A DNA stretch of 64,000 bases from positions 23,560,001 through 23,624,000 of the forward strand of contig OX597822.1 in assembly GCA_951406725.2 (NCBI GenBank), written 5' to 3'. The first letter of the stretch is position 1. Each line of letters starts with the position of its first letter. Below the pieces are notes generated by a model. That model did not search any database, was not told the DNA's origin, and was given only the letters and a program-made list of their open reading frames with translations. This document shows, in pieces, positions 27,188 to 40,229 of the stretch. The position numbers were made by a program, and so were the translations under genes. This DNA is from Octopus vulgaris (lineage: Eukaryota).

Positions 27188-27365
27188 AACAACGCGAGGA
27201 CGTGGAACAAGTATAGTGTTATTGGACGCTCAGGAAAGGAAAGGAAGAAAGAGGATTTAACGTTCCGAGCAAAGCTCTTCGTCAGAAACATAGGAAAAGG
27301 AAAGATCCAAGGAAGGGAAGACGGAGGAAAAAAATCGCCAACGGTACACACGCGGTCACATTTTG
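27188..27365 (-). mobile_element. Short PLE-like repeat with a minimal HHR (27256-27288; GAAA mutated to GGAA)
   Basis: Minus strand ttt-CTGACGA-a-gagc-ttt-gctc-GGAA-CGTT-aaa. Colinear with 43750-43940. Confidence 0.7.
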
Positions 27366-27489
27366 AATATATATATATATATATAGTTATACATACTTAC
27401 ATACACACATACACACATGTATATATACACCGAAAGAAAAGAGAGTGTGAGAAGGGAGAAAAACACAAAGATCAATGGATTGATGGGTT

Positions 27490-27710
27490 AAGGCAGCGAA
27501 CCGTCAGAATCGTTAACACGCTGGGCAAAATGCTTAGCGGCATTTCGTCCGTCGTTGCGTTCTTAGTTCAAATTCCTCTGGGGGTCGACTTTTCCTTTCA
27601 TTCTTTCGGGGTCGATAAAATAAGTAGTAGCTGAGCTCTGGGGCCGATGTAATCGTCATACCCTGCTTCCCCGAACTTGCTGGCCTTATGCCAGAATTTG
27701 AAATCAATAT
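27490..27710 (+). mobile_element. Diverged Deu/Nin SINE
   Basis: cagaatcgttaacacgctgggc..gttcaaattcc..ctttcggggtcgataaaataagta. Confidence 0.8.
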
Positions 27711-28391
27711 AACGAAATAACTATCATGATAATGATGACAACAATAATGATGATGATAATGATGATGATGATGATGATGATGAGGATGATCCTCATCATC
27801 AGTCTCAACTGCGGTAGTAGCAATAACAGTAGCAGCAGCAGCAGCAGCAGCAGTAGCAGCAGCAGCAATAACCATCAGAACCAACGACCACAAATCGACT
27901 AACGTTTAATGGCAATCTTCTATCGCCTGCCTATTTATCTAGGCAATCAACCACATAAACGGTCACCTACTCGTTGGTGATTGCTACATTGAATTAGATA
28001 CGATGCTGATGTACTTAAAAACAATGCTCTAATTGAGTTAAACTCGTTTTACACAGGATTCTTGACAAAATGCAATTTGTAGTCTAAAATTATACTCATT
28101 CAAATTATTTCTCTCTCGCTCTCCCTCTCTCTTTTCGTTTTGAGCACATCGCTAAGCAAACACACGCACACACGCAGTAATATGCACATATGTTCTCAAA
28201 TATATAGAATAACTAGTTATTACTGCAGTTGAATTTTATTGCTGGTCAAATTATGGCAAATTTAATAATTGATCAGTTATGAAAAGAATCGTCTCCATAA
28301 TAGCTGCATTTCGCGATGGTTAATGCTTCTTGTATGGTAAAATCGTTAAAACGATAATTATTAATTTTGGAGGAAACATATGCTGTAGTAT

Positions 28392-28466
<75 letters not shown>

Positions 28467-28550
28467 GATTCTACATGTACACATACATGCATGTATTCTT
28501 ATATACGTATACGTAATACAGGCAGGCACATCGCACACACGTGCACATAC

Positions 28551-28597
<47 letters not shown>

Positions 28598-29262
28598 GTT
28601 ACTTTTTATATGAAAAGATGGACGATGACTTCACAGCCTCATAATGACGAGCAAGCAGAAACTTCGCAGTCACTGTCAACACTTTTCTTGTAAAGATCTA
28701 TAAATATGTACTCTATTTGAAAGTATTGATTAATACTTTAATTCAATGTTTTTTTAATATATAATTTAACATAAAAACAATCATTTATAGACACGCATAC
28801 AATATATCATATACGTGTGTGTGTGTGTGTGTGCGTGTGTGTGCGCACGCGTGTTTTTTAATGTGTGTATCTGTGTGTGTATGAGTGCATGCATACATAC
28901 ACACACACACATGCATGCAAACGTACAGACACACATAAATACATAATACATATATACATATTTACATATACATGCATTCATTCATGCTTGCATATATATA
29001 AAAATACATACATACACACACATACATAGAAAAATACGTACATACATGCACACACATGTATACATACATATATACAGACACATATACATACACACACATA
29101 CATACATACATACACATACATACATACACACATAGTACATATATACACACATACATACATACATACATAAGTTTTTTTTTTAATTTAAAGGATGACGGTT
29201 AAACAAGATGCTTTCTTGGTAGCCTTGGTAGTTATTCTAAATTCAAAAGAGAAAGAGGTGCT

Positions 29263-29482
29263 ACATACATACATACATACATACATACATGCATGCATAC
29301 ATACATACATGCATGCATGCATGCATGCATGCATGCATGCATGCATACATACATACATACATGCATGCATGCATGCATGCATGCATGCATGCATGCATGC
29401 ATGCATGCATGCATACATACATACATACATACATACATACATACATACATACATACATACATACATACATACATACATACAT

Positions 29483-29521
<39 letters not shown>

Positions 29522-29808
29522 CATACATACATACATACATACATACATACATTCATTCATACATACATACATACACACATACATACATACATACATACAT
29601 ACATACATACATACATACACACATACATACATACATGCATGCATGCATGCATGCATGCATGCATGCATGCATACATACATACATACATACATACATGCAT
29701 GCATGCATGCATGCATGCATGCATGCATGCATACATACATACATACATACATACATACATACATACATACATACATACATACATACATTCATTCATACAT
29801 ACATACAT

Positions 29809-29839
<31 letters not shown>

Positions 29840-29965
29840 TACATACATACATACATACATACATACATACATTCATTCATACATACATACATACACACAT
29901 ACATACATACATACATACATACATACATACATACATACATTCATTCATACATACATACATACATA
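29263..29965. repeat. About 700-bp compound (CATA)n/(CATG)n/(CATT)n microsatellite
   Basis: Direct read; blocks recur in a higher-order pattern. Confidence 0.95.
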
Positions 29966-30405
29966 TGACAACCGTTCGAATCAGTATCCATAACTGCTGA
30001 CACAATTTCAGGTCCCACAGAAATCTGAAGCGGATTTCATAGAAATGCTAAAAAAAACTAAAACTTAAGACGTATACAATTTCCCAAACAAACTACACTT
30101 TGGCGTTAAATCACTACGAACAGGAAAAAGAATCCCCTTCATGATTGCAGACAAAAGTAAAACTCGGTTTCATACAGCCAAAAACACATCGAGAAACAAC
30201 TCTGAGCGACATGATTAAAACAAGAGAAAGTAAACCACGACCTATGGAAACATAATTAACAGAAAAACACAAAAAGTTACCCGATAAATAAACAAAATAC
30301 TTGTTTGTAACAGCCGAAGATACACGCAATATAAACTCTTTTTAACACCATAATTATAACATAAAAGAAATGAAGCCGTGACGTATACAACCTAATCAAT
30401 AGAGA

Positions 30406-30817
30406 TACTCTCTTTACTCTTTTACGTGTTTCAGTTATATGACTGCGGCCATGCTGGAGCACCACCTTTAGTCGAGCAAATCGACCCCAGGACTTATTCT
30501 ATGTAAGCCCAGTACTTATTCTATCGGTCTCTTTTGCCGAACCGCTAACTAACGGCGACGTAAACACACCAGCATCGGTTGTCAAGCAATGCTAGGGGGA
30601 CAAACACAGACACACAAACATACACACACATATATATATGTATATACATATATACGACGGGCTTCTTTCAGTTTCCGTCTACCAAATCCACTCACAAAGC
30701 TTTGGTCGGCCCGAGGCTATAGCAGAAGACACTTGCCTAAGATGCCACGCAGTGAGACTGAACCCGGAACCATGTGGTTGGTAAGCAAGCTACTAACCAC
30801 ACAGCCACTCCTGCGCC
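30406..30817 (-). mobile_element. CORE-like SINE, full length
   Basis: Reverse complement of 53641-54053 over its whole length. Confidence 0.92.
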
Positions 30818-31064
30818 TGGGAATTATCAACAAGTTTACTAAGCAAAATATCGATCCCTGAAACAAACATACATTGCACTAAAAGACCACGAAATAAGAT
30901 TTTTAGCGGACATCCAGGTGTAAATAGGTCATACTGCCGAAATGCGAATTAAGCGTAATTTCTTAAATAATCCTCGACAATAGAGACTCTCAAATTAAAC
31001 GAGCAACAAAGGTAATTCTATGGAACAACAGTACATCCGTTATCAATTGTTTCGACGACATGTA

Positions 31065-31368
31065 TTGGGTTGTCCGGAAAGTTCGTGCCGATTTTTAAAG
31101 GAAAGAAAAAGGTCAATAAATACTTGCCATTACATTTTTAATCAACCAAATATGAACCATTTTGTTGCACAATGCATCTCCATCTTTCCTTTAACTTGAA
31201 AATACCCTCTTCCCAGAATTGAGGCGGTTTCATGGCAAATAATTCATCAAGGTATTTTTTTACGTCATCCAAGGAATTGAAATTTTTACCATTAAGACTA
31301 TTCTGCAGAGACCTGAATAAGTGGAAATCCGAAGGAGCAATATCTGGTGAATATGGAGGGTGGGGTAA
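31065..31368 (-). mobile_element. Mariner transposon right end: transposase C-terminus and TIR
   Basis: LPHPPYSPDIAPSDFHLFRSLQNSLNGKNF...WRCIVQQNGSYLVD* (31368-31138). TA at 31063-64 is followed by the TIR ttgggttgtccggaaagttcgtgccgatttt. Confidence 0.92.
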
Positions 31369-32264
31369 TGAAAGAGCAAATGAAAGAGCAAATGAAAGAA
31401 AACTAGCAGAGCTATATACGCTAGAAAAACGTAAACAAAGTGTGTGGCTTCGTCGGAACAAAACAGCACAGAGACAATAACCTAGCAAGCCCTCAAAATA
31501 TTAACGGACACGAATGATCCAAATCAACTACCCATTGTAAAGTGTAAAGACATAACGCTAGATTTAAACATGGGAAAACGTCGTCCTTAGAGAAAACCAA
31601 ACGAATTTCTGTTATATATAAACAAATATTCCAGCCAAATCTATATACTTCTGGGAATAGCTTTTATCCTTCAAATTCTACACACCACAATCCCTTACGT
31701 AATTTTTTAAATATTTTTAAGATGGTGATTTTGTTTTCCATATAGGTAAATGCTTTCTTAAATAAACCTGCACTTCATTTTTGAAGCTGCTAAGAAGCTA
31801 TAAGGTGATGCACAAGCACTCATCTCTGAGTTCACTGCATCTTATAGCAGAAACTGCTGTAAGCTAATGAAGTTCATTGCACAATTTCCTGTCCCTTTGT
31901 CATTTATTTAATTTCATACTCCGCGCTGTACTAGATTAACGCTTTATATATATTATGCCCTGTTATTATTATATTATTGTATTTGTGTAACATTGTCCGT
32001 TTTTTCTGTCCTTATTTTTGTATATATTCACTACTTTCTTCCAAGGAATCTAATGCTCTTAGCTTAGTTTTTCCTTGGGAGTGGCTAGATTGGAGCAATC
32101 TCGAGTATAATAAGCCAAAATTGTGAAGATAATCTGGTGCTTGACTGAGGAAAGAAAACTTCGAATGGCCCGTCCATGTTTACTTTGTATCGTTTATCTG
32201 GATGTTTTGTTGTCCCATTTTTGTATCACCTAACTGTCCGATGTTTTGTGTTCTTGTCCCATTT

Positions 32265-32303
<39 letters not shown>

Positions 32304-32359
32304 CGGCGTACGTACACTTTAGTCTCTCTCTCTCTATATATATATATATGTATATATAT

Positions 32360-32395
<36 letters not shown>

Positions 32396-32428
32396 GTATG
32401 TATGTATGTTTGTATATATGTATGTATG

Positions 32429-32462
<34 letters not shown>

Positions 32463-32884
32463 TATTTGTCAATTAAAAGTACAAACGTACAAAGTAATAA
32501 TTCTAAGGAAGAATTTAAATATGTTCACTAGCTGTAAAATATGTTTTGGTACATGATAAGAAAGTTAGAATTAGTCACCGGAGTAGGGTAGCATTGATAA
32601 ATATATAAAAAAAACAGCTTCTTTTGGGGGTCTATTCTAGTATAATGAGTAAAATGATACGCATTGCTACAAAACGTGGGGAATGGAAAAATGAAATAAG
32701 ATAAAGTAAATTTGAAGAAAGAAAAAGGGCTATGATATTAGAAGGGATATTGCAAGAATATAAGGTAGATTGGAAAATATGGAGCTAAAAATATGAGATA
32801 AGATAAAGATTACATAACACATATATAACCTTGATAACGTTGTGTTAACATATATTTTCGAGGGTATTAATATCAATTTTAGTG

Positions 32885-32936
<52 letters not shown>

Positions 32937-32937
32937 T

Positions 32938-33150
32938 ATTGAGCGTAAACACCTAAAGCTCCACGAGGCTCCGTCAGGGGGTGGTGGTTATCCCTGCCGT
33001 ACTCTTTCGACACAACTTTCTCTCGTTCTTTCTTCTGTTGGCCTGCTCGCTTAGCCAGCGGGGAGGCGTCATTTGAAGGCTAAAACAATGCGAAGCGCAT
33101 TGTGACCAGCGATGTGTAGCAACATCTGATAGCCTGGTCGGTCACGTTGA
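32938..33150 (+). mobile_element. 5'-truncated OR-like SINE (shares its core with 58925-59313, different tail)
   Basis: aaacacctaaagctccacgaggctccg.cagggggtggtgg..actctttcg..caactttctctc is shared, then the sequences diverge. Confidence 0.75.
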
Positions 33151-33161
33151 GATATATACAT

Positions 33162-33211
<50 letters not shown>

Positions 33212-33499
33212 GTATGTGTGTGTGTGCATTTGTGTGTACGTATGTGTGTTTGTGTGTGTGTGCGTTAATATCTTAATGCAATAGAAACAATTGTCGGTTT
33301 TACAAGGTGAAATCTATAATAAAGATATAATTTTCTCTATACGTATTTTTTCGTTGTTAAATACTCTGAATTTCTCGAAATTCCGCAAAAGGATATTTGG
33401 ATTTACCTGTCATGCATAAGGATTTAACTGGAATATTCTACTTACATTTACTGGTATCTGATTGTTGAACATTTATAACCAAATTCTTTTAGTACTGAA

Positions 33500-33884
33500 C
33501 TAGCAGTATCGCCCGGCGTTGCTCAGGTTTGTAAGGGAAATAACTATAAAGCATTTTTAGAGAGTTATAGCCAAAAAATAGCAAAAAAATGGAAAAAAAT
33601 GATGGTAAATTTTTTTTTGAGATTTAAAAAAGGTAGAGTTGCGTCCCCTAGACAGTTTGTGGTTCGTATTCCTGATTCTCGACCCCATGTCGAATTTATC
33701 GATTTTTTTCAGAACTGGGGGAACTTTTCAAAATTTTCGCTGCGTTAGTTTTGAATTATGACATTGGGCTATGTGTGTGTCAAGTTTCATCAGAATCGGT
33801 TGAAAGCCGTGGTCAGGGTGAGGGTACAAGCAAACAGACACACAGAAACACGCACAGACAAACTGCCGTTTATATAGAGAGAGA
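33500..33884 (-). mobile_element. Non-autonomous Helitron, full length
   Basis: Minus strand A|TC start and subterminal cctgagcaacgccggg hairpin, then CTAG|T. Near-identical to 56550-56937. Confidence 0.88.
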
Positions 33885-33937
33885 TGTTTTATTGATATTT
33901 GTGAGAAATTTTAAATCTCACTTTTTCTTCTAACTAT

Positions 33938-33994
<57 letters not shown>

Positions 33995-33995
<1 letters not shown>

Positions 33996-34165
33996 CCCGT
34001 CGTACAATCGATGTCCGTGTATTTACGTCCCTGTCACTTATCAGTTTGGTAAAAGAGGCAGATGGAATAAAAAGCACTGGGGTTGATATTCGTTCGACTA
34101 GAATTCTTCAAGGCGGTGTTCCAGCATGGCCGTAGTCTAACTGAAATAAGTAAAAGATAAAAGAT
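33995..34165 (+). mobile_element. Internally deleted 3' part of the CORE-like SINE
   Basis: aagcccgtcgta..tttacgtccctgtcactta..ggcggtgttccagcatggccgtagtc. Confidence 0.7.
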
Positions 34166-34250
34166 AGACATACAGACAGACACACGCAGGCACAGAAGCA
34201 TACATGTATATATTGAACCAGAATATGCTTTTGATAACTTTTAAAGTAAT

Positions 34251-34305
<55 letters not shown>

Positions 34306-34326
34306 TGATGATGATGATGATGATGC

Positions 34327-35603
34327 AGTATGGTTAAAGATAGTGAGGAAAGAAGTAGTGAGTGAAAAGCAGCCAGATCTAAGATTAACTACTGCATTAA
34401 TGAGTAAAATATTTGGAAAAATGCTGAATTAGTATCTGACAAAGTACTACAGAAATGAAAACAAAATTGATAAGGAGTACATCAGAAGGGTGTGGAAGCT
34501 AATGAAGTCAAAGCTAAATGGTTCGGATCTAGTAAAGGCTGTAAATAATTGGGCAATACCATTACTTAGATACTCAGCAGTTGTTTTTTAGATTGGACAA
34601 AAACTGAACTAATAAAGCTAGACAGAAGAATTAGGATGGGATTCAGTATGAATGGAGGACTCCACCCAAGGGCAAGAATAGCAAGATTTTACCTATCTAA
34701 ACAGGGAGGCGAAAGTGGGTTAATATCAGTAAAAGACTGCATGGAGTTAGCTAGTGTAGATAGAGACTGCTACGTAGGTAATAGTGAAGAAAGTTTATTA
34801 AAAGTTGCTCGAGTCACAAGACATAAGGAAACTAAAAACCAAATGAAGTTAAAAACCAGAAAAAAGAAAAGTTATTATCTGACTGGCAGGAGAAGGCGTT
34901 GCTTGGTAGTTTCCCAAAGATAGTTGCAGCAATTAGTAGTAGTGAGACATGGTTATGGTTGCAGAAAGGAAAGCTGAAAAGGGAGACAGGGAGACAGAGA
35001 GTTTGTAAGTAGCAGTACAGAATCAAGTATTAAGGACTAATTGGATAAAAGCTAAGATAGACAAAAACCAAGTAGATTCCCAAGTTGATGTAGCTTGCTG
35101 GCACAGAAAGAATACAAGGAAAGACATGACAACCTAGGGAGAGTAATCAACTGGGAGTTATGTAGAAAGCTAGGATTTGACCATACTGATAAATGGTATG
35201 AACATGAACCTAGTAAAGTACTAGAAAGTAAGAAATACGAGATGTTGTGGGGTTTTAACATTCAGACTGATAGAGTAATAGAAGCTACAAGGCCTGATTT
35301 AGTAGTGGTAGATTATGAGAATAGAAAATGCTAGATAATTGACTTTACAGTCCCAAATGATGAAAAAAGTCAATATGAAAAGTATAGATAAAATGGCAAA
35401 GCACCAGGAGCTAACCATTGAATTACAGAGACTATGCAAAGTGCGGGTAAAAGGTATTCCAGTAGTTATAGGTGCATTGAACAGTATTATTAGGGAAAGC
35501 TAAGATACATAAAAGGGTTCTTGGCATCTAAGGTTACTTGTTGTAGCCAAATGTTAGGATTTTTTTCTTTTCCAACAGTCTAATCTGTTGTGTGCATATG
35601 AAA
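34327..35603 (+). mobile_element. R4/Dong-clade non-LTR retrotransposon, 5'-truncated and decayed
   Basis: GGLHPRARIARFYLSKQGGESGLISV; LAQKEYKERHDNLGRVINWELC..KWYEHEP..LWGFNIQTDRVIEATRPDLVVVD..IIDFTVP; IPVVIGAL. Flanked by (TAA)n. Confidence 0.9.
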
Positions 35604-35618
35604 ATAATAATCATTATT

Positions 35619-36268
35619 ATTTCTGTATTGCCCACAAGGAGCTAAACATAGAGGGGACAAACGGGAACAGACAAAGGGATTAAGTCGATTACATCGATCC
35701 CAGTGCGTAATTGGTACTTATTTAATCGACCTCGAAAGGATGAAAGGCAAAGTTGACCTCGGCGGAATTTGAACTCAAAACGTAACGGCAGACGAAATAC
35801 CTATTTCTTTATTGCCCACAAGGGGCTAAACACAGAGAGGACAAACAAGGACAGACAAACGGATTAAATTGATTATATCGACCCCAGTGTATAACTGGTA
35901 CTTATTTAATCCGAAAGGATGAAAGGCAAAGTCGACCTCAGCGGAATTTGAACTCAAAACGTAACGGCAGACAAAATACCTATTTCTTTATTGCCCACAA
36001 GGGGCTAAACACAGAGAGGACAAACAAGGACAGACAAACGAATTAAGTTGATTATATCGACCCCAGTGCGTAACTGGTACTTAATTTATCGACTCCGAAA
36101 GGATGAAAGGCAAAGTCGACCCCGAAAGGATGAAAGGCAAAGTCGACCCCGAAAGGATGAAAGGCAAAGTCGACCTCGGCGGAATTTGAACTCAGAACGT
36201 AGCGTCAGACGAAATACGGCTACGCATTTCGCACGGTGTGCTAACGTCTCTGCCAGCTCGCCGCCTTC
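35619..36268 (-). mobile_element. Tandem trimer of the Deu/Nin SINE (one full head plus two headless units of about 180 bp)
   Basis: The junction gac(g/a)aaatac|ctatttctttattgcccacaagggg occurs at 35800 and 35979. A 27-bp triplication lies at 36089-36169. Confidence 0.9.
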
Positions 36269-36819
36269 GAAAATAATAATGATAACAACAATTAGAACAG
36301 CGGGGGAATTTTAACATGCAAATATGTTATTTTGCCACCATCACACCCCTAATGTCCATTAATCCATTAATAACGTTTAATAATAACGAATCGAATTAAA
36401 GTCGAAAACATGACAAAAATATTGAAGTAATACTTGTAAAAATTATTGACCTTTTACCTCATATAATTTAATGTATCGCAAATATTATTACTTTCTGAAA
36501 GCAATACTAAACAAACCAATAAAAATCATGCGCAATGGTAGCACAAGAACTATTCAAACCACCAACATACACAAGAAAATGACACACAAAAAATATACAT
36601 AAAATTGTAAAATTCATTCGAAGATTAACAGAAAGATACGTACTTTGAATTTGGTGCATAATTTCGTTCAACATAATCAACAGAGAGAGGAAAACTGCCT
36701 GTCTTTTGCGGGGCGCGGAGTGACAATGAGGTGATTCTTTGATAGCTGTATCCATCCTACACAGTTAATACTTATTCAAAAAGGCTCCGCAATCTAGCAA
36801 TATTCAAGCTCTGAACTTT

Positions 36820-36980
36820 GTCTGTCTTTACGTTCTGAGTTCAAATTTCGCCGAGGTCGACTTTGCATTTCATCCTTTCGGGATCGATAAATTAAGTGTC
36901 AGTTGCTTACTGGGGTCAATATCATCGACTGGTCCCCTCCCCGCAGATTTCGGGCTTTGTGCCTAGAGTAGAGAAGAACA
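36820..36980 (+). mobile_element. 5'-truncated Deu/Nin SINE, short-tail variant
   Basis: gtctttacgttctgagttcaaatttcgccgaggtcgac...gtgcctagagtagagaag. Confidence 0.85.
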
Positions 36981-37549
36981 TTCGAGCTCTGAACGAATAC
37001 CTACAGAACGGCTTCCTTATTGCATGTAATTTCGGATTGGCTCGGCTGATGACAAAGTTTATGTGTACAACTTATCCTAAACTGCCAATGGTCCCCAGTA
37101 ACTCTGCCAGATCAGGGACTTAATAATTATAGCAATTATTTCAAATTTTGGTACAAGGCCAACAGTTTTAAGGGGAGGGGGGTAATCGATTATATCTGCC
37201 TCAGTACTTGCCAGGTAGTTTATTTTATTGCCTCCGAAAGGATGAGAAGCAAAATTGACACCAGCGGGATTTGAACTCAGAACGTAAAGAACCGGAATTC
37301 AAGAATAGTAACAATAGTTACTCTACTGATTTTAGATGCCCACCACGTTAAGGTACACAGCTGTGGGCGAGGAATAACTGACTGAATCGACCTTATTTTT
37401 TCATTGGCAATTATTTTATCGACAGCGAAAGAACGAGTGGTAAGATCGGTTTCTGCAGGAACGTAAAGGGACGTAACTAAATACAAGTCATTTTGCACAC
37501 TGCATGTCGCGACATACGTTCGAATGTCACACTTTAACCAGCCTATAAT

Positions 37550-37860
37550 ACAGGACGAAATCGAAGATATAATCTAAAAGAATTGAAATAAGCTTGAGAT
37601 TTATGCTTAACTGTTGAACGAAATTGAAGACAAAGAAAATCTTAAAACTAATGCAATAAATTCAAAAGATAAAAGCTTCGAAGAAGTTTAACTATGGAAC
37701 GAAACTTTCGGCATTTATGCTTTAAATAAACTACGGGACGAAATCGAAGTCAGAACAGAAATATTAAAAATTTTGGAACTAGTTCCAGAAGTGTTGCGCT
37801 TTAAACGAACCTCAACTATACAATGAAATTAAAGATAAAATCGAAAATTTTATTATAATG
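37550..37860. repeat. Degenerate minisatellite-like region
   Basis: A variant of aacta(c/t)gg(a/g)acgaaat(c/t)gaag recurs at about 37551, 37609, 37690, 37729 and 37814. Confidence 0.5.
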
Positions 37861-38719
37861 GAGCAATATGTTGCATTAGAATTAAAGAGCATGTACATAC
37901 TGTGGAATTTCCACGGGTAAAGCTGTTCCACCTTCCGATACTTGACTAACATTTGCCCCTGCGCAATTCCTTCGCTTTTCTCCAGTTAGAAAAATAGCCT
38001 AAAACTTTTGTCAACATTCATCGTTGGCTTGTTATTGATTTTGTCATACCTCGAATCTTTGATGCCTTCATTTCTGGCATTTTATCAATTAGCTTCTGTT
38101 TATATGGCAATTAGAGGAACTATTATAAAAAATAGCAATAACAAAATATAAACAACGTAAACTCGTTTCATTTCACCCTGATATTAACTCAGAAATTTTA
38201 ACAATGGTTCCAGCCAAGCAAATAAAAACAAACAATAAACTCAAAATGAATCGTTTTTGTACAATTTTCCTTTACGTGTAGTTTTTTTTGTTCTTCTAAC
38301 CAGGCTCATTATCTTTGAAAGCATTTTTTCTTAAAGAAAAATATGATTTCGTTTATACAAGAAAGTTTTTGCTTTGACAAGGGAATTGGGCGAATTCTGA
38401 AAGAAGTTCACGTCAATGTTTGTGTTGACACTTTGCATTCTCAACATCATTTCTCCCCATTCCACACAACTCGGTGTTTTCTATTAAAATTCATTCCTTT
38501 CGTTGGTGATCTCTACTCCAAAAAAACCCATACGCCGATGGAATTTCTTTATTTACACAAGAACATAACTCACGTTATCTAAAGTAAAACCAAACCTTTA
38601 CAACATCAGTCTGTTCTTTGTTTAGACCAAGGATCTGAAGAACTCCTCTCTCCAGTGTAAAATTACGTCTGCTTAATTCAAACTGGAAATTGTTCGCTGA
38701 TGAAGTTATTGAAGTTATC

Positions 38720-39062
38720 GAACATTTTCCAGTTTGAAATTGGTTTAAATTTCACTTTCCATTTCTAGAGAAATATTTAACAAAATATATAAAATTATAT
38801 CTTAGTGCTGCTTTAGCATACGGTCAGAACAATACGCGCTCATGTACAGACGTACAAAATGCCAGAAATGAAGGCATCAAAGATTCGAGGTAGGACAACT
38901 ACATACAAACGAAATACGAAGCGGTGTCTCGGGACACGTAAAGTATAAGGAAGTAAAAAATCGACTAAAATTAAAACCGGGCCAAAGCTAAAATATAAAC
39001 ACGTGCAAAGCGAGTACTTTGTAAACCGAAGGACAACTACATACAAACATATATACATACAT
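38720..39062. repeat. Unclassified interspersed repeat ending in (CATA)n; second copy about 41259-41730
   Basis: aacattttccagtttgaaattg...ctttagcatacggtca..atacgcgctcatgtacagacgtac..aaacacgtgcaaagcgag.actttgtaaaccga is present in both copies. Confidence 0.8.
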
Positions 39063-39559
39063 AAAGGGCAAAGGTTAAAGACGGGATCAGGTAGTCCACT
39101 TGTTGGACGTATTGTTCTTCATGCCTAAACATTTTTTCGTACCACTGACTCGATGAGTAACGACAAGTAGGGTGACTTGTCTAAAGACAAAACGCATGTT
39201 TCGGAATGTGTGACCCATCGCTTGATCACACGTCTTTTCGAAGTCACTGAAAATCTATACAAAAATTAAAAGAAACGGTTCAATTCTTGAGATCAATATA
39301 AATTGTATATTTCAGATGCTGCCGAGGTCGACTTTGCCATTCATCCTTTCCGGAGTCAATAAAATAAATACCAGCTGAACACTAGGATCGATGTAATTGA
39401 CTTCCCCTCCCCTTAAAACTGTATACTAATGAATTTATAAAAATTGTATATTATTCTCTGTATAATTGTATCCAAGATTTTATAAGTTTGGAATTCATAC
39501 CTAATATTTAACAAAAGGTTCCCCTTTCTTGCTTTAGACAAAGCTAAGCGAACCATTTC

Positions 39560-40110
39560 TTGACTTCAATAATTGTAAAAAATTTTAACAACCCATTACT
39601 CTCGTATGTTGCTATGGAATTCTTTAATTCACTTTGGAACTGAAATCTGTATTCCTAAGCTAATTCTTAATAAAATGAATTTTGAAATTTCTTGCCTTTT
39701 CTAGTCCATCTTTTACAGTTTTTCCAATAATCAGCGAGTCTGGTTCTTCAACATCAGACACGCTTTAGCAGTTAGGAATTATGGTGACCTTGCCAGTTCA
39801 ATAATTTTTCATTCAACTCCTGTTCCACAAATAATTCCCCAATTTATTCTACAACTAAATCATCCGATCCTTCATTGCGATAATTATATCTGTGTCAAGG
39901 TTTCTCTTGTGTCACTATCACTAATATTCAGAATTAATTTAGGTAAAATAACCATTCGACATGCATTTAAGGCGGTTTTCATAATTTCACAAATTGTTAT
40001 TGCAAGTATTTTCACACAGTGAAGACTATTAATTTCTTTCCATATATTAACTATCCCGTATTTTTTAAGGGAAGATTTTATATAATTTATCTTAAAGTTA
40101 CAAATCATGG
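39560..40110 (-). pseudogene. Probable old pogo/Tigger-like transposase C-terminal remnant
   Basis: Frameshifted peptides IWKEINSLHCVKILA..ALNAC, EGSDDL, EQELNEK, TVKDGLEKA and FQSELKNSIATYE resemble the post-DDE helical tail of Tigger-like transposases (by-eye match only). Confidence 0.45.
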
Positions 40111-40229
40111 CTTCCTCTAATGGCTAGATAAGAGGCGTAGTACTCGATGTTAAGAGCAGATCTCTAAATCAGAGGCATTAGATGGGGCGTCGTCAATTAG
40201 TAATAAGATTTTGAAGTCAATATTATTTC

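Larger units (their letters stand above)
30160..31641 (+). pseudogene. Decayed Penelope-like element reverse transcriptase ORF, interrupted by a SINE and a mariner fragment
   Basis: Ordered motifs YLFVTAEDTRNI (about 30298), YIALKDHE (30870), LPKCELSVIS*IILDN..WNNSTSVINCF (30934-31053), HRDNNLA (about 31467; decayed YRDDGLA) and DITLDLNMGKRRP*RKPNEFLLYINKYS (31549-31632). Confidence 0.75.

Noticed and set aside
36089-36175. CRISPR-like direct repeats
   Set aside because: The units are contiguous with no spacers, lie inside a SINE, and the context is eukaryotic.
38697-38703. CTGATGA inside a hairpin loop, and CTGACGA at 3279
   Set aside because: There is no correctly placed GAAA with formable stems I to III.
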